From Phycisphaerae bacterium (GTDB lineage Bacteria > Planctomycetota > Phycisphaerae > Phycisphaerales > UBA1924): 64,000 nt of DNA. Every line of letters starts with the position of its first letter. Position 1 is the first letter of the stretch. Positions 45,771 to 56,237 of the stretch are shown here, piece after piece. The DNA lies in the NCBI GenBank assembly GCA_016873295.1, contig VGXM01000006.1:44525-108524 (forward strand). The letters run 5' to 3'. Under the pieces are notes generated by a model. The model had not been told where the DNA came from. It worked only from the letters and a program-made list of their open reading frames with translations, and ran no database searches. The translations under genes and the position numbers were made by a program.

Positions 45771-48695
45771 CTACGCGGCCCGGCGGCCGGCGCCGCCCGA
45801 CGCGAGCCACCCGCCGACCAGGTTGAGCAGGGCCTGCCTCGGGATCGGCTTGCTGGCGTAGTCGTCGCACCCGGCGAGGGACGCGGCGCCGCGATCCTCG
45901 GCCGTGGCCCGGGCGCTCAGCGCGACGATGGGGGCGCGGAACCCCCCGGCACGCAGCCGGCGCGTCGCCTCCAGCCCGTCCATCTCGGGCATCTGCATGT
46001 CGATGAGGACCAGGTCGAAGGGCGCGCCGTCGGCGCGGGCGGCGTCGACGCGCCCCAGCGCCTGCCGCCCCGTGTCGGCCCCCTCCACCGTCAACCCCGC
46101 CGAGCGGAGCTGGTGCACGAGCAGGCGCTGAATGTCCGGCGAGTCCTCGACGACCAGCACGCGGCCCGAGAGCGCCCCCACGGGGATCACGGCCTGCGGC
46201 GCCGCGGCCGTCGGCTCCGCGCACGCCCGGAACGGCAGGGAGAGCGTGAAGCACGACCCTTCCCCGGGCTTGCTCGTGACTTCGATCGCGCCGCCCAGCA
46301 GTTCGGCCAGCCTCCGCGAGATCGCCAGCCCGAGCCCGGTGCCGCCGAAGCGGCGCGTCGTCGAGGCGTCCGCCTGGCTGAAGGGCGCGAACAGGCGCCC
46401 GACCTCGTCCGGGTTCATGCCGATGCCCGTGTCGCTCACGGCGAACCGGAGGCGGCCTTCCCTGAGCCCCACGTCGACGCGCACGCCCCCGCGGCTCGTG
46501 AACTTGACGGCGTTGCCGACGAGGTTGAACAGGATCTGCCGCAGCCGCGTGGGGTCCGTGATCGCGGCGGCGGGACAGTCCGGCGCGACGCGGATCTCGA
46601 AGGCGATCCCCTTGCCGCGGGCGATGGGCCCCAACACCACGTCCAGCCCGCGAACGATCGCCCCCGGATCGCACACGATCCGCTCGGCGTCCATCCGCCC
46701 CGCCTCGATCTTCGAGAAGTCGAGGACGTCGTTGACGAGGTCCAGCAGGTGGTCGGCGTTGGCGTGCACCGTCCGTGCATGACGGGCGACCTCGTCGCGG
46801 GGCGTGCCGGGGTCGGCGAGCAACTCGGCGAACCCGAGGATCGCGGTCAGGGGCGTGCGGATCTCGTGGCTCATGTGCGCCAGGAACCCGTCCTTGGCCC
46901 GGCTCGATGCCTCCGCCGCCGCCTTGGCCTGCCTCAGCTCCGACTCCATCGCCCTCTGGTCCGTCACGTCGCGGGCCACGGCGTAGATGCGCCGCGACCC
47001 GATCGGCAACGCGGGCGCGTTCCAGCTGAACCACCGATACTCCCCGCCCGCGGACCGGTACCGGTTCTCGAACCCCACCACGGCACAACCCCCCGCCAGG
47101 TGCGACATCTGATCCATCGTGGCCTCGCGGTCGTCGGGGTGGACCAGGTCGAGGAAGGGCCGGCTCAGGAGCGCCTCCTCGGTGAGCCCCAGCGTGCGGA
47201 CGAACGCCCGGTTGACGCGAGTGAAGTACCCGTCGAGGCTCGCCACGCACATCATGTCGATCGACATCTCGAAGGACCGGTCGCGGTCCTGCTCGGCCTC
47301 GCGCCGCTCCGTGACGTCGATCCCGCAGGCCACGTACCCCGCGAACCCGCCCCCCCCGTCCTTGCGAGGCTCGCCCCGGACCATGAACCAGCGGTACGCC
47401 CCGTTCGCCGAGCGGATGCGGCACTCGACCTGGAACGAGGCGCCCGCGCCGTGGGCCCGCCGGAACTCGGCGTCGCACGGGGCCTCGTCGTCCGGGTGGA
47501 TCCCCGCGATCCAGGGGAGGCTCCCGCCCGGATCGCCCACGCCCACCAGCGCGGTCCACGCGGCGTTGCGGAACTCCGTGCGCCCGTGCCGATCGACGAG
47601 CCACACCAGCGCGGGCAGCCCGTCGGTCATGTCACGCAGGAGCGCCTCGTTCTCGGCGATCCGCTCGTTCGAAGACTCGAGCGCCCCGAGCGTCGCGTTG
47701 AACGCGTGGGCCAGGCGCGCCAGCTCGTCGCCGCCCCGGACCGCGACGCGCCGCGAAGGCTCGCCCGACCGACCGATCGCCTCGACCTCACGCCCGATCC
47801 GCTCCAGGCGACGCAGGACCAGCACCCTCAGGACCAACAGCGTCGCGGCGATCGAACCGATGGCGGCGACCGCCAGCACCAGCCGGATGTGCCCGATGGT
47901 GCGCCGCGCCTCGGTCGCGACCAGCCGCCGATGCACCACCTCGAGCCGGAAACGCGGCTGGCCGTGGATGTCCACCATCACCTCGCGGCCACGGACCATC
48001 AGGTCGCTGATCGGAGTCACGACGCACGCGCCGCCCGAGGCGTCCGCCCCGGCCCGCTCCCCGCCCCCAAGCGGCTCGATGTGGGCCCGCAGAAGCAGCG
48101 ACTTCGAGAGCGAGGCGAGGAACGCCCGGTCGAGGCGCACGCCGAACACGATCGCGCCCCGGTCGCCGCCGGCGCCCGCCGAGGGACGCACCGCGCGCGC
48201 CGCGATCAGGAAAGCGTGGTCGCCGACGCTCACGAGCCCGTGCCTGGGTCCGTCGGCGCCCACCGACACCAGCCAGCGCGCCTCCTGCGCGAGCAGGTCT
48301 CCGATCTCATCCGGGACGCCGGCCGCCAGCGCCCGATCGGGCCCCGGCACGCCGCACCAGCGCACCGCTCCGGCCTCGTCCACCAGCGCCAGGAACCCCA
48401 GGCCCAGGTCCGCGATCGTGGTCCCGGACAGGTGCTGCTCCACGAACGACCCGCTCGGATCGCGCAGGAACTCGTAGGTCTCGCCCCACACCGCCCAGTC
48501 GCTCAGCTTGGCGGCCAGGTGCCGGCCCTCGTTCTGAACCGCGCGGCGGACACGCTCGACGTTCATCTCGACGCGCTCGCGCTCGACGCCGCCGAACCCC
48601 CGCTCGATCGAGCGCGCCACGGCGCAGTAGAGCCCGGCGAGCAGCACCGCCAGCAGCAACCCCACCACCACCGCGGTCTTTCGCTGCAGGTTCAT
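45771..48695 (-). CDS. hybrid sensor histidine kinase/response regulator with CHASE4-like periplasmic domain, PAS domains, HisKA, HATPase_c and C-terminal receiver
   Basis: An N-terminal TM segment (MNLQRKTAVVVGLLLAVLLAGLYC) precedes a CHASE4-like segment and a second TM segment. Two PAS domains follow. The H-box is AHMSHEIRTPLTAILGFAELL. The ATPase boxes are NLVGNAVKFT, DTGIGM and GGTGLGLAI. The receiver is RVLVVEDSPDIQRLLVHQL...LVLIDMQMPEMDGLEATRRLR. The ATG is at complement 48693-48695. Confidence 0.85.
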   Translation of the reverse strand: MNLQRKTAVVVGLLLAVLLAGLYCAVARSIERGFGGVERERVEMNVERVRRAVQNEGRHLAAKLSDWAVWGETYEFLRDPSGSFVEQHLSGTTIADLGLGFLALVDEAGAVRWCGVPGPDRALAAGVPDEIGDLLAQEARWLVSVGADGPRHGLVSVGDHAFLIAARAVRPSAGAGGDRGAIVFGVRLDRAFLASLSKSLLLRAHIEPLGGGERAGADASGGACVVTPISDLMVRGREVMVDIHGQPRFRLEVVHRRLVATEARRTIGHIRLVLAVAAIGSIAATLLVLRVLVLRRLERIGREVEAIGRSGEPSRRVAVRGGDELARLAHAFNATLGALESSNERIAENEALLRDMTDGLPALVWLVDRHGRTEFRNAAWTALVGVGDPGGSLPWIAGIHPDDEAPCDAEFRRAHGAGASFQVECRIRSANGAYRWFMVRGEPRKDGGGGFAGYVACGIDVTERREAEQDRDRSFEMSIDMMCVASLDGYFTRVNRAFVRTLGLTEEALLSRPFLDLVHPDDREATMDQMSHLAGGCAVVGFENRYRSAGGEYRWFSWNAPALPIGSRRIYAVARDVTDQRAMESELRQAKAAAEASSRAKDGFLAHMSHEIRTPLTAILGFAELLADPGTPRDEVARHARTVHANADHLLDLVNDVLDFSKIEAGRMDAERIVCDPGAIVRGLDVVLGPIARGKGIAFEIRVAPDCPAAAITDPTRLRQILFNLVGNAVKFTSRGGVRVDVGLREGRLRFAVSDTGIGMNPDEVGRLFAPFSQADASTTRRFGGTGLGLAISRRLAELLGGAIEVTSKPGEGSCFTLSLPFRACAEPTAAAPQAVIPVGALSGRVLVVEDSPDIQRLLVHQLRSAGLTVEGADTGRQALGRVDAARADGAPFDLVLIDMQMPEMDGLEATRRLRAGGFRAPIVALSARATAEDRGAASLAGCDDYASKPIPRQALLNLVGGWLASGGAGRRAA

Positions 48696-48852
48696 TCGCC
48701 CACGCCGCTCCGTTACCGGGCCCACGCGCCCTCTTGCCGACTGGCGGGTCACTATCGAAACGCCGACGCCCCCAATGCAGCCACGCCGCGACATCCCCGG
48801 ATCGCGGGACGCGACGGCCCATACAGGCAACCCCGCAGGGCCGGGAATCGTG

Positions 48853-50526
48853 CTACCGGGAATTGCCTCTCGGCTCGATGCGCTCCGGCGGGGTCGGGGC
48901 GTCGCCGGGAGGAGCCGCCGGCGGCTCGAACTCCACCCGCGCCGACCCCAGCAGCGTCCCCGTGGAAAACGCCAGGTCCACCTGGGCGATCTGGTAGTCG
49001 GCCAGGGCCCGGATCTCCTGGAGCTGGGCGTCGGCCAGGCTGGCCGCCGCGTCCAGCACGTCCGTGCTCGTGCGCACGCCCACGTCGAACTGGCGCTGCT
49101 CGGCCTCCAGCAGCCGAGTCGTAAGGACCACCGACTGGCGGGCCGCCACGATCCGCTGCCACGAGGCGTCGATCTGGTCGATCGCCTGGAGGACCTCCTG
49201 GGTGATCGCCTGGCGCCGGGCGTCCCGCGTCGAGAGACGCTGCATGCGCCGGAGCATGGATTCTCGGACCCGCGCCCTGGCCGCCTCGTTCCCGATCGGC
49301 ACCTCGGCGTTGAGACCCAGTTCCCAGTCCTCGAAACGGTTGCCCTCGACCTGGCGGAAGCTGTCCTGCGTGCTCGCCCCCAGCCCGTTGATCCGGTACA
49401 CGTACTCGAGCGAGAGCAGGGGAAGGGCCTGGTTGCGGTTGACGGCGATGGTCGCGGCGTCGGCGGCCAGGCGCAGCTCCAGCTCCAGCAACTCCATGCG
49501 GTTGCCGACGGCGTCGGCGATCAAGCGGTCGCGGTCGAACTCATACTCCACCGGATCGGGCGGGGAGGAGGGCAGCACCATCGTGCGCGTGTCGATCGTC
49601 AGCCCGGGCAGGTTGACGATGCGCTTGAGCTCGCGCTGCTGCGTCAGCACCCCGTTCTCGGCCAGGATGATCGACTCCAGCCGCTGGGCCACGCCCGCCT
49701 GGGCCCGGACCAGCTCGACCTCGGCGGCCTGTCCCGCCTTGACGCGCCGCTCGGCCCGCCCTTCCTGCTCGCGGGCCAGCTCGTACTGGCGCTGCGAGAC
49801 GTCGAGGGCCTGGCGGGCCGCGACCAGGCGCCAGTAGGCCCGATCGACCGCCGCCAGTTGCCGGATGACTTCGAGCTTGGTCTGGGCCTCGCTGGCCTGC
49901 CGGTTGTACCCGGCGATGCGGATGGGGGCGGTGCTGGTGCGTCGCCCGGCGTTGCGGAGCAGGGGGTGGCTGATCGAGAACTGCAGGTCGGTCGAGAAGG
50001 CGGGGTTGAGCGTCGAGAAGCGGTTGTTGTTCTCCGCCCGGCTGAGGGGGAGGTTGACGCTGGCCGACCCGCCCGTCCGCAGCGGGATGCGCACGCCCGG
50101 CTCGATCGACAGCACCTGGTTCTGGGCCGACGCCAGCTCCGATGCGGTGGGCTGGTTGAGGTCGAGGGAGCGGGCCCGGAGCGTGAAGGCCGACTCGAAG
50201 CGGGCCTCCTCCACGCGGACCTGCTCGGCGGCGATGGACGGGCCGACCAGCGCGACCTTCAGGTCGAGGTTGTGGGCCAGGGCGCTGGCGCGGGCCTCCT
50301 CGAGGGTCAGGGCGTGCGATTCCACGCCCTCGAAGCGGCCCTTGAGCGGGGGCGGCTCGGGCGAGGCGGGCTTGCGGTAGGGGGCGAAGTCGGCGTTGGC
50401 GACGGCGCGGAGGCGTTCCGCCGGGACGCGCTGGGCGAAGTCCTCGGGGCGGGCGACGAAGGGGTTGGCGCACCCCGCGGCGAGCAGGAGGCAACCCGCC
50501 GACACCGACACCAGCGATCTGTTCAT
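48853..50526 (-). CDS. TolC-family outer-membrane efflux protein (lipoprotein-type signal)
   Basis: MNRSLVSVSAGCLLLAAGCANP has a lipobox. Two TolC-type repeat halves with coiled-coil segments follow. The ATG is at complement 50524-50526. Confidence 0.85.
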   Translation of the reverse strand: MNRSLVSVSAGCLLLAAGCANPFVARPEDFAQRVPAERLRAVANADFAPYRKPASPEPPPLKGRFEGVESHALTLEEARASALAHNLDLKVALVGPSIAAEQVRVEEARFESAFTLRARSLDLNQPTASELASAQNQVLSIEPGVRIPLRTGGSASVNLPLSRAENNNRFSTLNPAFSTDLQFSISHPLLRNAGRRTSTAPIRIAGYNRQASEAQTKLEVIRQLAAVDRAYWRLVAARQALDVSQRQYELAREQEGRAERRVKAGQAAEVELVRAQAGVAQRLESIILAENGVLTQQRELKRIVNLPGLTIDTRTMVLPSSPPDPVEYEFDRDRLIADAVGNRMELLELELRLAADAATIAVNRNQALPLLSLEYVYRINGLGASTQDSFRQVEGNRFEDWELGLNAEVPIGNEAARARVRESMLRRMQRLSTRDARRQAITQEVLQAIDQIDASWQRIVAARQSVVLTTRLLEAEQRQFDVGVRTSTDVLDAAASLADAQLQEIRALADYQIAQVDLAFSTGTLLGSARVEFEPPAAPPGDAPTPPERIEPRGNSR

Positions 50527-50543
50527 GCGCTCGGGCTCCTGCG

Positions 50544-51782
50544 CTACTCGTGGCGCAGCGCGTCGATGGGGTTGAGGCGTGCGGCCTTGATGGCGGGGAA
50601 CATGCCGAAGATCACGCCCGTCGCCGCCGCGAACGCCGCCGACACCACGATCGCCCACATGGGGGTCTGGGCGGCTTCGAGGGGGGAGTCCTTGGCCATG
50701 CGCATGGCCAGGACGGCGCCGTTGCCGAGCAGGAGCCCGACGCCGGCGCCGACCAGGCAGAGGACGACGGCCTCGACGAGGAACTGGATGAGGATGACGC
50801 CCGGTCGTGCCCCGACGGCCTTGCGGAGCCCGATCTCGCGGGTGCGCTCGCTGACGGAGACGAGCATGATGTTCATGATGCCGATGCCGCCGACCAGGAG
50901 GGAGATGCCCACGACGGCCCCCGCGCCGACGGTGATGGCGCCGGCGACCTTCTTGAACTGCTCGATGACCTGCTCGATGGCCTCGACGCCGAAGGTGTCG
51001 GGCTCGTCGGGCTTGAGGTGCCTCACGCGCCGCAGGTAGGTGCCGATCTCGACCTTGGCGTCCGCGAAGAGCTCGGGGGACCGGGTGGTGGCGATGGCGA
51101 ACATGCGGGGCTCGGGGCGCATCATCTCGCCCGTGCGGAAGGGGATAATGAGCTCGCTCTGGGCCTCGTTGCCGCCGAACATGGGGCTGACGGCCTTGGT
51201 CTCGACGACGCCCACGATGAGGAAGCGGCGCCCGTCCAGGAGCAGGAAGTCGCCCGTGGGGTCGGCGTCGAGCCCGAGCTCGTCGATGGCCTTGTCGTTG
51301 ACGAGGCAGACCTGTCGGCGTTCCTCCTCGTCCAGCGGCGCGAGCGGGCGCCCCTTGAGGGCGAAGCGCTGCTCGATCTCGTGCCAGGAGGGGCGCACGC
51401 CCTGCACGGGCACGCCCGGGCGGACGCGGTCGCCGAACTGCACGGTGGTGTTGAGCATCATCACGGGCGTGATGCGCTCGAGGGAGGGGCTGAACTGGGC
51501 GATGCCGTCGATCTGGGCGGTCGTCAGGCGGAGCTGGCGGAAGGAGTAGCGGTCGCGCATGTTGGGAGGCATGCGCGGGAAGACCCAGACCTTGTTGGCG
51601 CCGAAGGTGGCGAACTGGTCGAGGACGAAGGTCTTGAGCCCGGTCATGGCCCCCACGATGATGATGACCGCCGCCACCGCGATGATGATGCCCAGGGTCG
51701 TGAGCATGGCCCGGACCTTGTTGGCCCAGATCTGGGCCAGGGCCAGCACCACCGTCTGGATGAGCACGCGGATGAACATCAC
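50544..51782 (-). CDS. ABC transporter permease, FtsX/MacB family
   Basis: An N-terminal TM segment, a large periplasmic domain and a C-terminal 3-TM FtsX domain ([31 protein letters not shown]) are present. It overlaps the upstream ATPase gene by 4 nt. Confidence 0.9.
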   Translation of the reverse strand: MMFIRVLIQTVVLALAQIWANKVRAMLTTLGIIIAVAAVIIIVGAMTGLKTFVLDQFATFGANKVWVFPRMPPNMRDRYSFRQLRLTTAQIDGIAQFSPSLERITPVMMLNTTVQFGDRVRPGVPVQGVRPSWHEIEQRFALKGRPLAPLDEEERRQVCLVNDKAIDELGLDADPTGDFLLLDGRRFLIVGVVETKAVSPMFGGNEAQSELIIPFRTGEMMRPEPRMFAIATTRSPELFADAKVEIGTYLRRVRHLKPDEPDTFGVEAIEQVIEQFKKVAGAITVGAGAVVGISLLVGGIGIMNIMLVSVSERTREIGLRKAVGARPGVILIQFLVEAVVLCLVGAGVGLLLGNGAVLAMRMAKDSPLEAAQTPMWAIVVSAAFAAATGVIFGMFPAIKAARLNPIDALRHE

Positions 51783-52567
51783 GGCGCGGCCCCCGGGGCG
51801 GCCCGCCCGGCGTCGCGCTGGGCCGTCTCCAGCGCCCGGCGCACGTAGTCCTGGTGGGTCGGGTCCTCCTCGGTGGGGTGGTCGCTCATGACCACCCCGT
51901 CGCGCAGGCGGATGATCCGCCCGGCGTTGCCCGCGATGTCCTCCTCGTGCGTGACCATGATGATGGTCTGCCCCTCGGCGTGGAGCTGGCGGAAGAGCCC
52001 GATGATCTCGTCGCCGGTCTTGCTGTCGAGGTTGCCCGTGGGTTCGTCGGCCAGGATGATGGCGGGCTCATTGACCAGGGCCCGCGCGATGGCGACTCGC
52101 TGGCGCTGCCCGCCCGAGAGCTGGTTGGGGCGGTGCTTCATGCGGTCGGCGAGGCCCACCCGCTCCAGCGCCCGCCGAGCCCGGGCCCCCGTCCCCACCC
52201 AGTAACGCCGGCTGTAGATCAGCGGCAGCTGGACGTTCTTCAACGCCGTGGCCCGCGGCAGCAACTCGAAACTCTGGAACACGAACCCGATCAGGTCGTT
52301 GCGGACGCCCGACAGCTCGCCCACGCTCATGCGGTGCGTGGGGCGACCGGCCAACTCGTACACGCCCCTGGTGGGCTGGTCGAGGCACCCCAGCACGTTG
52401 AGCAGCGTGCTCTTGCCGGAGCCCGAGGCGCCCATGATGGCGACGAACTCGTTGCGTCGGATCTCGAGGCTCATGCCGCGAAGCGCGTGCACCTTCTCGG
52501 CGCCGATGCGGTAGACCTTGTGCAGGTCGGCGATGCGGATGATGAGGGGGTGCTGCGGGGCGACCAT
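51779..52567 (-). CDS. ABC transporter ATP-binding protein, MacB/LolD type
   Basis: Walker A is [10 protein letters not shown]. The signature is [15 protein letters not shown]. Walker B is [11 protein letters not shown]. Confidence 0.9.
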   Translation of the reverse strand: MVAPQHPLIIRIADLHKVYRIGAEKVHALRGMSLEIRRNEFVAIMGASGSGKSTLLNVLGCLDQPTRGVYELAGRPTHRMSVGELSGVRNDLIGFVFQSFELLPRATALKNVQLPLIYSRRYWVGTGARARRALERVGLADRMKHRPNQLSGGQRQRVAIARALVNEPAIILADEPTGNLDSKTGDEIIGLFRQLHAEGQTIIMVTHEEDIAGNAGRIIRLRDGVVMSDHPTEEDPTHQDYVRRALETAQRDAGRAAPGAAP

Positions 52568-52582
52568 GGGCTTGCTCCGCGG

Positions 52583-53962
52583 CTAACCCTGTCCCGCGGG
52601 CCTGTCGGCCCCGCCGGCGGTGCGCTCGCCCTTCTTCTCGGCGGGCTTGAGGTCCTCGTCCTCGACGCGCTGGTCGTGCTTGAGCGACGCGAGCGTCTTG
52701 AAGGGACCGACGACGATGCGGACGCCCTCGTCGAGCCCGGCCCGGACCACCGTGTGCGTCAGGTCGCTGGCCCCCACGTCCACCGGGCGGGCCACCGTCT
52801 TGCCGCCCTCGAAGACGAAGACCACGCGCACGAATCGCTTGTTGCGGTCGACGAACGCCGCCCGCTCGACCAGCTCGCGGGGCAGGTCGTCGATGTTGCG
52901 GTCCTGCACGGCCTGGCTGGGGACCTTCACCGTGCTCTCGAAGGTCTCCACGGCGACGTCGGCGTTGGCGGTCATCCCGGAGCGCAGGAGCATGTGCTCG
53001 GGCTTCTCGAGGAGGATCTCGCTCTCGAAATAGGCGGTGCCGTCGCGGTCCACCTCGCGCTTGAGCCCCACCCGGTCCACGCGCCCGCCCACGGGCAGGT
53101 CGGGGAACGAGTTGACGAACACCTTGGCCCGCTGCCCCTCCTTGACCTTGGCGACGTTGGCCTCGTCGACGCGGGCCTTGAGGAGCATGACCGACAGGTC
53201 CGCGATCTCCATGATGACCGAGGCCGGGTTGTTGAGCGTGCCGACGACGACCAGCTCGCCCACCTCGGCGTTCAGGCGCGTGATCACGCCGTCGAACGGC
53301 GCGTTGACGATCGTGTTCGACAGGTCCTTCTCGGCCCGCTGGATGTTGGCCTCGGCGATGGCGATGGCGAACTGGGCCGAGCGGAGGTTGGCCTCGCCCC
53401 GCGCGAACTCGGTCTCGGCCTCGTCGAGCTGGGCCCGGGGGATGTCCTTGCTGGCGAAGAGCTCGCGGGCCCGCCCCAGCTCGGTGGTGAGGCGGGCGAA
53501 CTCGGCCTTGGCGCGGTCGAGCTGGGCGATCTGGCTCTTGTGGTTGGCCTGGGCGCTGGCGAGGGCGGCCTGAAGGTCGCGGTCGTCGAGGCGCAGCACC
53601 ACGTCCCCCTTGCGCACCAGCTCGTTGTCGCGGAAGGGGATCTCGATGATCCGGGCCGAGACCTGGGCCGAGATCTCGACCTTGGTCTTGGGCTCGATCT
53701 GACCCGGCGCCGACACCGTCCGGGTCAGCTCGCCCTTCTCCACCGCCGCCAGCCGGACGTAGGTCGGCTTGAGCGACGGGTCGAACATCTTCCGGACTTC
53801 ATCGATGGCGCCGGAGGAATAGGCCCAGTAGCCGCCGCCCAGAAGGGCCGCCAGCAGGAAGACCGCCAGTCCCAAGAGCCACTTCCACAAGGCTCGGTCC
53901 CTCCAGGCGCGTCGCGGGGCTGTCGGCGTGGCCCCGGGCGGGCTCGGGCCGCCCGACCCCAA
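52583..53962 (-). CDS. efflux transporter periplasmic adaptor subunit (MacA/HlyD family)
   Basis: An N-terminal TM anchor is followed by coiled-coil, lipoyl-like and beta-barrel segments typical of membrane-fusion proteins. It is the first gene of the macA-macB-tolC operon. Confidence 0.85.
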   Translation of the reverse strand: MGSGGPSPPGATPTAPRRAWRDRALWKWLLGLAVFLLAALLGGGYWAYSSGAIDEVRKMFDPSLKPTYVRLAAVEKGELTRTVSAPGQIEPKTKVEISAQVSARIIEIPFRDNELVRKGDVVLRLDDRDLQAALASAQANHKSQIAQLDRAKAEFARLTTELGRARELFASKDIPRAQLDEAETEFARGEANLRSAQFAIAIAEANIQRAEKDLSNTIVNAPFDGVITRLNAEVGELVVVGTLNNPASVIMEIADLSVMLLKARVDEANVAKVKEGQRAKVFVNSFPDLPVGGRVDRVGLKREVDRDGTAYFESEILLEKPEHMLLRSGMTANADVAVETFESTVKVPSQAVQDRNIDDLPRELVERAAFVDRNKRFVRVVFVFEGGKTVARPVDVGASDLTHTVVRAGLDEGVRIVVGPFKTLASLKHDQRVEDEDLKPAEKKGERTAGGADRPAGQG

Positions 53963-54055
53963 CGCCGCATTCCCTTGGCTTTGGGGATCGCCTCTCCCCG
54001 GTTTCGATCCCCTTGACGGCGCACCCTCCCCGCCCAGCCCGCGGGGGACGGAATG

Positions 54056-55069
54056 CTAGCCCGCGGCGGGGTCGCGGCCCGATGGCGTCGCGGGCTTGCC
54101 CAGTTCGCGGGCGGTGAAGAGCGTCCCCGTCGAATCCCGCTGCCACGTGTGGGCCGGGCCGTGCCGGGCCTCGTAGAAGGTCCACAGCTCGAACCAGTAG
54201 CTGCGGAAGGCGTGGTCCTTGAAGCGGGCGTAGCGCGTCCGCAAGCGGCGCATGATCGACTCGCCCGAGCCGCGCATCTTCAGCACCGTGCGCCCGTGCC
54301 GCACGCTCTCGGTGTCGAGCGCCAGGCGCGAGTAGCGCCCCAGGAGCTGCATGACGTTCCCCGCGGCGTAGGGGCCGATGCCGGGCAGGTCGAGCAGCGC
54401 GTCGAACACCTCGTCGTCGCCGATCGCGGGGTCCTCGAGGCGGGCGAATCGCCCCGGCTCGTCGCGGAACAGGCGGGCCAGCTCGATGATCCGCGCGTCG
54501 CGGTAGCCCACGCGGCAGCGGGCCCGCAGGAGGTCCGGCGACGCCGCGGCGACGTCGGCGGGCGCGGGGAAGGCGTGCGTCAGCCCGCTGCCCGCCTCCT
54601 CGGCTCCCGCCCGGGCCCCCAGCACCTCGCACAGCCGCCGGTTCATGACCACCGTGCCGGGCCAGGTCACGTTGCAACTGGTCACGGTCTTGATCACGTC
54701 CTCGAAGAGCGTGGGCGAGCGGAACAGCCGCCCCCGCCCCGACTTCCTGAAGCGCCGATCGAGGCGGTGGAACCGGGCGATCTCCTCGGCGGGTTCGTCC
54801 AGCCGCAGCATCCGGCGGGCCTGGCGCTCCAGGTCGGCGCGGGCGGGCCGACCGATCGGGGCGGCCGGTTCGACGCGCAGGGGCGCGCCGGGGCCCTTGG
54901 GCTGGGTGATCCGCGCGAGCACGCCGCGGCCCGCGACCGCGAACACGCGCCAGAGGCTCCGCGTCTGTGGGTGCCAGTGGTTCGGGGCGAGCAGGAAGTA
55001 GCCGTAGGAGCAGGCGTCCCGGACCAGGTCGTAGTCCGTCGGCGTCTTGAGGGTCATCCGGGTCGGCAC
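54056..55069 (-). CDS. HhH-GPD superfamily DNA glycosylase (AlkA/OGG-like)
   Basis: The helix-hairpin-helix Gly/Pro-rich loop is FDALLDLPGIGPYAAGNVMQLL, and a catalytic Asp region follows. The start is GTG 55069 or ATG 55057. Confidence 0.7.
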   Translation of the reverse strand: MPTRMTLKTPTDYDLVRDACSYGYFLLAPNHWHPQTRSLWRVFAVAGRGVLARITQPKGPGAPLRVEPAAPIGRPARADLERQARRMLRLDEPAEEIARFHRLDRRFRKSGRGRLFRSPTLFEDVIKTVTSCNVTWPGTVVMNRRLCEVLGARAGAEEAGSGLTHAFPAPADVAAASPDLLRARCRVGYRDARIIELARLFRDEPGRFARLEDPAIGDDEVFDALLDLPGIGPYAAGNVMQLLGRYSRLALDTESVRHGRTVLKMRGSGESIMRRLRTRYARFKDHAFRSYWFELWTFYEARHGPAHTWQRDSTGTLFTARELGKPATPSGRDPAAG

Positions 55070-55128
55070 GCGGGTTCAACGTAGGCGCCGGAGGGGCGCC
55101 CGAAGGCTCGGGGGCCCGGCGGGGTGGA

Positions 55129-55230
55129 ATGCTCCCTGCCCTGAGGAAGCACGCCGATCGCGGCCCCGCACGGGCCACGGGCCACGCGCCGGATGGCCCG
55201 TGGCACCCGCACCGCGCCGATTACACTTGC
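55129..55230. repeat. degenerate fragment related to the REP/MITE-like element
   Basis: ggatggcccgtggcacccgcaccgcgccg matches about 18 of 20 bases of gcggatcgcccgtggcacccgcggcg from the element. It lies in the divergent region between the glycosylase and pdxA. Confidence 0.3.
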
Positions 55231-55232
55231 CC

Positions 55233-56228
55233 GTGCCCCCCACCATCGCCATCTCCATGGGCGACCCCGGCGGCATCGGCCCGGAGGTCCTCGTCAAGGC
55301 CCTGGCCGACCCGGCCCGCCAATCCCGCGCCCGCTGGGTCATCCTCGGCTGCGACGCGCCCCTGGGCCTCGCCGCCGAGCGCGCGAGCATCGCGCCGTTC
55401 TGGCGCGGCTCGGTGGCGTCGGTCGCGCTCGTCGCCGACGACGACCCGCGGACGCAGGACCCCTTCCCCGCGAGCGCCAATCCGCGTGCCGGCGCCCTCT
55501 CCTTCGAATGGGTGCGCGAGGCGATCCGGCGCGCGACGCTGCCAGGGTCGGACGCCGACCGCGCCGACGCCCTCGTCACCGGGCCCATCTCCAAGCACGC
55601 CTGGACGCTCGCGGGGCACGGCGCGTACCCGGGCCATACCGAGTTGCTCGCGGACGCCTTCGGGCTGCTGGGGCCGACGCCGGGGCGCTTCGGCATGATG
55701 TTCCACACGCCGCGGCTGAACGTCATCCTGGCGACGGCCCACATGCCGCTGTCGCGCGTCGGCGCCTCGCTCACGATCGGCACGATCCATGACAGGATCG
55801 CGCTCGGGCACGAGGCCTGCCGACGCCTGGGCGTCGAGCGCCCCCGCATCGCCGTGTGCGGCCTCAACCCGCACGCGGGCGAGGGCGGGCTGCTCGGCAC
55901 CGAGGAGCCCGACGTCATCACGCCGGCGATCGAGGCCGCCCGCGAGGAGGGCTTCGACGCCTCGGGCCCGCACCCGGGCGACACGGTCTTCAACGCGGCG
56001 ATCGAGGGGCGCTACGACCTCGTCGTCGCCATGTACCACGACCAGGGGCTGATCCCCGTCAAGCTCCTCGACCGCGACCGGGGCGTGAACATGACCGTCG
56101 GGCTGCCGGTCCCCCGCACGAGCCCCGACCACGGCACGGCGTTCGACATCGCCGGGACCAACGCCGCCAACCCGGGCAGCATGGCGGCGGCCCTGGACCT
56201 GGCGGTGCGCCTGGCCCAAGCCCGATAA
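55233..56228 (+). CDS. pdxA: 4-hydroxythreonine-4-phosphate dehydrogenase PdxA
   Basis: (V)PPTIAISMGDPGGIGPEVLVKAL aligns to the E. coli PdxA N-terminus. GLNPHAGEGG and the His/metal-site residues are present. A GTG start at 55233 is chosen over the longer ORF from 55047. Confidence 0.85.
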   Translation: MPPTIAISMGDPGGIGPEVLVKALADPARQSRARWVILGCDAPLGLAAERASIAPFWRGSVASVALVADDDPRTQDPFPASANPRAGALSFEWVREAIRRATLPGSDADRADALVTGPISKHAWTLAGHGAYPGHTELLADAFGLLGPTPGRFGMMFHTPRLNVILATAHMPLSRVGASLTIGTIHDRIALGHEACRRLGVERPRIAVCGLNPHAGEGGLLGTEEPDVITPAIEAAREEGFDASGPHPGDTVFNAAIEGRYDLVVAMYHDQGLIPVKLLDRDRGVNMTVGLPVPRTSPDHGTAFDIAGTNAANPGSMAAALDLAVRLAQAR

Positions 56229-56237
56229 GCTGACCCC

